Shown here one piece after another: positions 59,331 through 64,000 of a DNA stretch of 64,000 nucleotides. A program made the translations under genes and the position numbers. The DNA is from Aulosira sp. ZfuVER01. GTDB lineage: Bacteria; Cyanobacteriota; Cyanobacteriia; Cyanobacteriales; Nostocaceae. Where the stretch lies: positions 8,858 through 72,857 of the forward strand of contig JAVRCV020000030.1 in assembly GCA_034530615.2 (NCBI GenBank), given 5' to 3'. Numbering within the stretch: position 1 is the first letter of the stretch; the number at the start of each line of letters is the position of its first letter. A model generated the notes under the pieces. The model was not told the DNA's origin. It did not search any database and saw only the letters and a program-made list of their open reading frames with translations.

Positions 59331-60545
59331 TTAAAATTTTGCTCTTAATTTGTGCATAAATTGCAATATTTGTTGTGCTTGTATTTCCTTCCCTAAATAT
59401 TTATAAATTTTATATACTTGATGGTAATAATAAATAGCTTCTTGATAATGATTTAACTTATGAAGATTTGCAGCGAGCGTAAGTGATATTTGAGCTTCCT
59501 CAAAATCATTTTTTCTTTCTTGAGCTAGGATGAGGGCAGATTGTAAAAATCCTATAGCTTGGTAAAATTCCCCCTTACAGTAATATATAGTGCCAAGTTT
59601 TAATAAAAATTGTTGCTGATTATGTTTAACAACAATATCTTGAAAAACTGACAAAGAATTTTTATAGTATGCCTTAGCATACTCATTACTATTTAAATTT
59701 TTGTATGTAGCTCCCATCCTTGCTAGTGAAGATACTTCGCCTAATCGATTTCTTGTTTGCCGACTAATACTCAAAATTGCTTGTTCAAGTAAATTTATTT
59801 GGCTAGACAAATCACTTAAGCCTTGTAAAATAGCACTTCGCAATCTTTGATCGCCAATCTCATCAGAAATATCTAGGGCTGTTATCAAAAAATCCATTGC
59901 TTTTTCATACTGATTAATCCCTTTAGATGCATGACTGAGATTGTAAAGACTAATCATCGCCAAACTTTGATTTTCAATTTCTCTGGCAAGCAAGAGTGAT
60001 TGATTACAAAAGGTAATTGCTTTTTGCCACTCCTGTACCTGAAGATAAATACCTCCAATAGTTACTAGTGAGTTTGCTGCGGCTTGAATATCTTCCATTT
60101 CATGAGCAATCATGAGAGCTTTTTGTTCGTACTCAATTGCTGTTTGATACTCACCTAAATTTTGATAATTAGTTCCTAATCCCCATATCCCTAGAATATG
60201 TAATATCCTATTTCCTGTCTTATACGTAATGTTTAGCAGTTTGGTAAAATATTTAATAGAATCATGAAATTGACATAGTTGACGATAACAATTACCTATA
60301 TTGTATAAGGCAACCTCTTGCCAACCTTCAGCACCCATCCGCTGAGATAAGGCGAGAACTAGCTTATAGTATTCCAGAGCTTGGGAAAATTTAAATAGTC
60401 TTTCGTGTATAACTGCTAGCTGGCTCAAGCAAGTTAGCTCTTGCTGTTGATTTTGGCTTTGTCGGCTAATTGACAACCTTTCTAGGTAATAAGTGAGTCT
60501 CCGCTGGAGGAGGTTGGTCAGATTTTGTTTCTGTTCCTCTAACAT
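59331..60545 (-). CDS. Tetratricopeptide-repeat protein
   Basis: Repeated TPR helices (LYNIGNCY...A, LGTNYQNLGEYQTAIEY, LGTIYYCKGEFYQAI). Start placed at ATG 60545. Confidence 0.85.
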   Translation of the reverse strand: MLEEQKQNLTNLLQRRLTYYLERLSISRQSQNQQQELTCLSQLAVIHERLFKFSQALEYYKLVLALSQRMGAEGWQEVALYNIGNCYRQLCQFHDSIKYFTKLLNITYKTGNRILHILGIWGLGTNYQNLGEYQTAIEYEQKALMIAHEMEDIQAAANSLVTIGGIYLQVQEWQKAITFCNQSLLLAREIENQSLAMISLYNLSHASKGINQYEKAMDFLITALDISDEIGDQRLRSAILQGLSDLSSQINLLEQAILSISRQTRNRLGEVSSLARMGATYKNLNSNEYAKAYYKNSLSVFQDIVVKHNQQQFLLKLGTIYYCKGEFYQAIGFLQSALILAQERKNDFEEAQISLTLAANLHKLNHYQEAIYYYHQVYKIYKYLGKEIQAQQILQFMHKLRAKF

Positions 60546-60974
60546 TTTGAGTATTGCAGTATATTTACTACGTTCAGCATGACTATATTTAAGATGCAAC
60601 TAAAATTATTTACAGTAATACGTAGCATTTTCCTGAGGGGCTGTCACCCATTAATTTTGTAAAGTTTTTGCTTTTTTGGATAAGATTTAAAGTTTTTGTC
60701 CAAACCGTTAGCGGAATTTTATATTCTTTGAGAAAAAGCTACGGGTTTATACTTGATAAATCAGGAATTTTTAGCCGTTTTTAGCTTGATTTACGCTCAA
60801 ACATGATTCAATCTTTCAAAGCCTAACTCGTAGATTTAGAACAACTGCGCTGCTTGTTTGCTGGGAGTTTATAAGTAGCATTTTTTACAAAAAATTCCAA
60901 TGATATAAGCCTAAATCGTCTTCATGAAAAGTTTACAAAAGAGTCAACAGAAAAGAGGGCTTTTCGAGTTGTAC

Positions 60975-61181
60975 CTAGTGGTTTACCACATGAGTTATGA
61001 GGGTATACAGATCCCCGACTTTTCAAAAAAGCCAGGGACTCTGAACATCTGTGACTCATCAAAATTAATGTGGTGGAGTAGTAGCGCAAGACGGAAGTCA
61101 AAAGTCACAAGTCAAAATGTTCATACATCAAAGCTTGTGATTGTTTGAAATAGTAGCTTTATTTACGCCATGCTGTACTAG
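60975..61181. repeat. Two adjacent dispersed repeat elements
   Basis: Element 1 runs CTAGTGGTTTACCACAT...ATGTGGTGGAGTAGTAG with an internal TCCCCGACTTTT/AAAAGCCAGGGA hairpin. Element 2 has an AAGTCAA heptamer tract and ends GCTGTACTAG. Confidence 0.5.
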
Positions 61182-61724
61182 TAGCTTCGCAAAAATCAAA
61201 TAAGTTTCCTATCGTATTATCTACTGTAACTAATGCTTAAGAGAGTTCATGTCATGGTAATGACATACCATTTACATATTAAATACATAGTATTGAAATA
61301 CAAATTTAATAGATTTTAAGTAAAGCCTTTTAAAATTTTATACCACCTACAACAGATAGAAGTGTTATTGATACTAACCACAACGCATAGACAAACTAAT
61401 TTTTCATTAGTCACAGCTAATCGGGAGATTATGTGTCTGATTCAGAATGTAGACAATATTATATCTACCTCCAGACTTAATCTATAAGTTTGATTTAGTC
61501 TTTATAGTAGTAAACTTACTGTTAACTTCGAGATTATAGAAAATGAAAGACTTAACAAAAATCTCTGTTTCTTGTACCTGACCATATAATAGGTGTAAAC
61601 TCATAATTGAGAGCTTATATAATAAACAGGATGAAATAGATGATTAGTTAATAAAATTTTTCACATGGCTATTAATATTTGCTTCAGTTCGATGCAGTAC
61701 ATTGATTAAATATCTAGATAAAAA

Positions 61725-63020
61725 ATGTCGACAATGAAAGATTCTTTCTTTTCAAGAAGTACAGGTTTGTTAAACCAAAAAATCCAAGAATATATCAGCA
61801 AGGTCAAGCAATGGTGGGGTCATACACCAGAAAGAGCACTTTTAGAAGCTTACGATGCGGCTCAAATAATTAGAAACATTGAAATTAATCATTTTGGGGG
61901 CAAAAAAATTTCTGCTTCTTCAGAAAATTATACCGAAAACGTCATGTCTTATTGGCAAGGGTATCTGAAGAAAAATTTAACTATTATTAAAATTAGGCTT
62001 GCAGAATTTCGTTTAAGTCGGTCTATGTTGGATGTTTCTAATAGCGTGATTTTGGAAAAGCTACAATTTATTGATGAAGTAATATCCCCATATACTCCAA
62101 GAGATGAACCAATTAGTAACAGTACCATAGTTGCAATTCCTGAGCCGCTACAAATTAATAACCATGAAGTTAAGAACAAAGTAGATGCATCTAATATAAA
62201 AAATCATAACGTTCCATCCCCCAGCCAAAAAACCGGATTTTTACCTCGGTCTATAGGCAGAACAATTAATAAAATTAAAACAGATTTATCTCCGCAAGCG
62301 GAAGAACAATTTGTTAAAAAATATCAGATATCGCGCAAGCGAACTAGAGTTGCATTGAGATTTTTCTTAATTTTAATTCTTGTACCACTTTTAACGCAAA
62401 ATTTATCTAAGCAAATATTAATAAATCCTCTAGTAGAAAGAGCTAGAGGCGAAACAACATCTCAACTTTTTCTAAATACAGATATGGAAGAAAAGGCTTT
62501 GAGTGAATTGAAAATTTTTGAAAATAGATTAAAATTTCAAAGTTTATTACATAACTCACCAGTACTTTCTGCTGAAGGAGTTCAAGAACAAATTCGTGAT
62601 AAAGCTATTGAGATAGCTGAGGAATTCAGCCATGAAAGTAATAATGCTATTAGCAATGTATTTGCTGATATGCTGTCACTAGTTGCTTTTGGTATTGTGG
62701 TTGCCATGAGTAAAAAAGAAATAGTAATTGTCAAGTCCTTTTTAGATGAGATTGTCTATGGTCTGAGCGATAGTGCTAAGGCTTTTTTAATTATTTTGGT
62801 TACAGATATATTTGTAGGATTCCACTCGCCACATGGATGGGAAGTACTGCTAGAAGGTTTCGCAGAACATTTAGGTTTACCAGCCAACAGAAGTGTAATA
62901 TTTCTGTTTATTGCTACATTTCCTGTAATTTTAGATACTATATCTAAATACTGGATATTTCGCTATCTCAGTCGTTTGTCTCCTTCAGCATTAGCTACCT
63001 TTAAGGAGATGAATGAGTAA
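61725..63020 (+). CDS. pcxA: Proton extrusion protein PcxA (CotA/CemA family)
   Basis: TPERAL, LPRSIGRT, YGLSDSAKAFLIILVTDIFVGFHSPHGWE and ATFPVILDT motifs. Confidence 0.95.
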   Translation: MSTMKDSFFSRSTGLLNQKIQEYISKVKQWWGHTPERALLEAYDAAQIIRNIEINHFGGKKISASSENYTENVMSYWQGYLKKNLTIIKIRLAEFRLSRSMLDVSNSVILEKLQFIDEVISPYTPRDEPISNSTIVAIPEPLQINNHEVKNKVDASNIKNHNVPSPSQKTGFLPRSIGRTINKIKTDLSPQAEEQFVKKYQISRKRTRVALRFFLILILVPLLTQNLSKQILINPLVERARGETTSQLFLNTDMEEKALSELKIFENRLKFQSLLHNSPVLSAEGVQEQIRDKAIEIAEEFSHESNNAISNVFADMLSLVAFGIVVAMSKKEIVIVKSFLDEIVYGLSDSAKAFLIILVTDIFVGFHSPHGWEVLLEGFAEHLGLPANRSVIFLFIATFPVILDTISKYWIFRYLSRLSPSALATFKEMNE

Positions 63021-63042
63021 TTTATAATCACTGTATAAACCA

Positions 63043-63831
63043 ATGCTTTTTCTTGATAAAGTTGTTTGGATCGCTGGAGCATCATCTGGTATTGGTGAGG
63101 CATTAGCTTACCAATTTGCTCGTCAAGGTGCAAAATTAATTATCTCATCAAGAAGAGAAGATGAATTACAGAGAGTTAAACAAAATATCAGCAGCGAATG
63201 CTTGATTATAACGATTGATATTACAGATTCTACATCAGTAGCAAAGGCAATAAATGCTGCGATTAATTATTATGGCAAAATCGATGTGTTGGTAAACAAT
63301 GCAGGTATTAGCCAACGGTCTTTAGCGATTGATACACAAGAAATAGTTGACCGGAAAATTATGGAGGTTAATTATTTTGGTACTGTCAATCTGACTAAAA
63401 TGGTTTTGCCATATATGATTGCAAATGGTGGTGGGCAAGTTGCGGTAATTTCCAGTATAGTTGGAAAATTTGGCTTTCCATTACGCTCTGCTTATGCAGC
63501 TTCTAAACACGCCTTGCATGGTTTTTTTGAAACATTACAGTTGGAATTAAAGCCTGAATCTAAAATTTTTATTACCATATTGTGTCTAGGAAGAATTAAA
63601 ACTAATATCTCACGCAATGCTTTAAATTATGATGGCAGTTTGTATGGAAAAATGGATGAAGGGCAAGAAAAAGGGATGAATGCTGAGATTTGCGCTCAAA
63701 AAATAGTGAAATCTATTGATCAAAAGCAGCGAGAAGTATATATTGGTAAATCTGATATTTTATTGGTGTATTTCAAAAGATATTTACCTTCATTATTTTA
63801 TTGGATAGCCCGCAGAATCAAACCAACCTAA
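63043..63831 (+). CDS. Short-chain dehydrogenase/reductase (DHRS7-like)
   Basis: GASSGIG, NNAG and YAASK motifs. Confidence 0.93.
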   Translation: MLFLDKVVWIAGASSGIGEALAYQFARQGAKLIISSRREDELQRVKQNISSECLIITIDITDSTSVAKAINAAINYYGKIDVLVNNAGISQRSLAIDTQEIVDRKIMEVNYFGTVNLTKMVLPYMIANGGGQVAVISSIVGKFGFPLRSAYAASKHALHGFFETLQLELKPESKIFITILCLGRIKTNISRNALNYDGSLYGKMDEGQEKGMNAEICAQKIVKSIDQKQREVYIGKSDILLVYFKRYLPSLFYWIARRIKPT

Positions 63832-64000
63832 AGTTAGGTTATTTTATTGCAGTAATAAAAGTAAATCATCTAGGAAATAAGCGCAATCAATATACGAATT
63901 AAACTTGCTAAATAAAATTTATTACCTAAGAAAGATGTCAAAGATATACAGCATATTGCAGGTTTATGAGGTACAGTAACAACAGTTTGTAAACCAGTTT

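Overview
AT-rich chromosomal window from a filamentous cyanobacterium, probably Nostocales. This rests on frequent HIP1 GCGATCGC octamers, heptamer tandem repeats, CP12, devBCA-type genes and pcxA. From left to right it holds: (1) housekeeping genes (DUF3177, CP12, FIST protein, metallophosphoesterase, trmB); (2) a tandem pair of C-domain-less A-T-TE NRPS-like genes whose A domains resemble oxalate-CoA ligases; (3) an MMADHC/CblD-like gene, exbBD, and a tetR-devBCA efflux operon with two copies of a likely operator; (4) a ~28 kb minus-strand polysaccharide locus (wzc, tRNA-Gln, Wzy-like protein, many GT2/GT4 enzymes, acyltransferase, two methyltransferases, glf plus a GlfT2-like enzyme, wzm/wzt, WecB/TagA); (5) tRNA-Leu(CAA), alpha-hydroxy-acid oxidase, M48 peptidase, murA, tRNA-Leu(CAG), TrmH-family methylase, thioesterase, several small proteins, a TPR protein, pcxA and an SDR. 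The top candidate for a new system is the small, very basic ORF at 51119-51385(-). It carries a KGKGGS motif and has an intrinsic terminator inside its coding sequence, ahead of a hydrophobic tail. That is the architecture of tmRNA-gated alternative ribosome-rescue factors (ArfA/ArfT/BrfA). All product calls come from recognising motifs by eye; no database searches were run.
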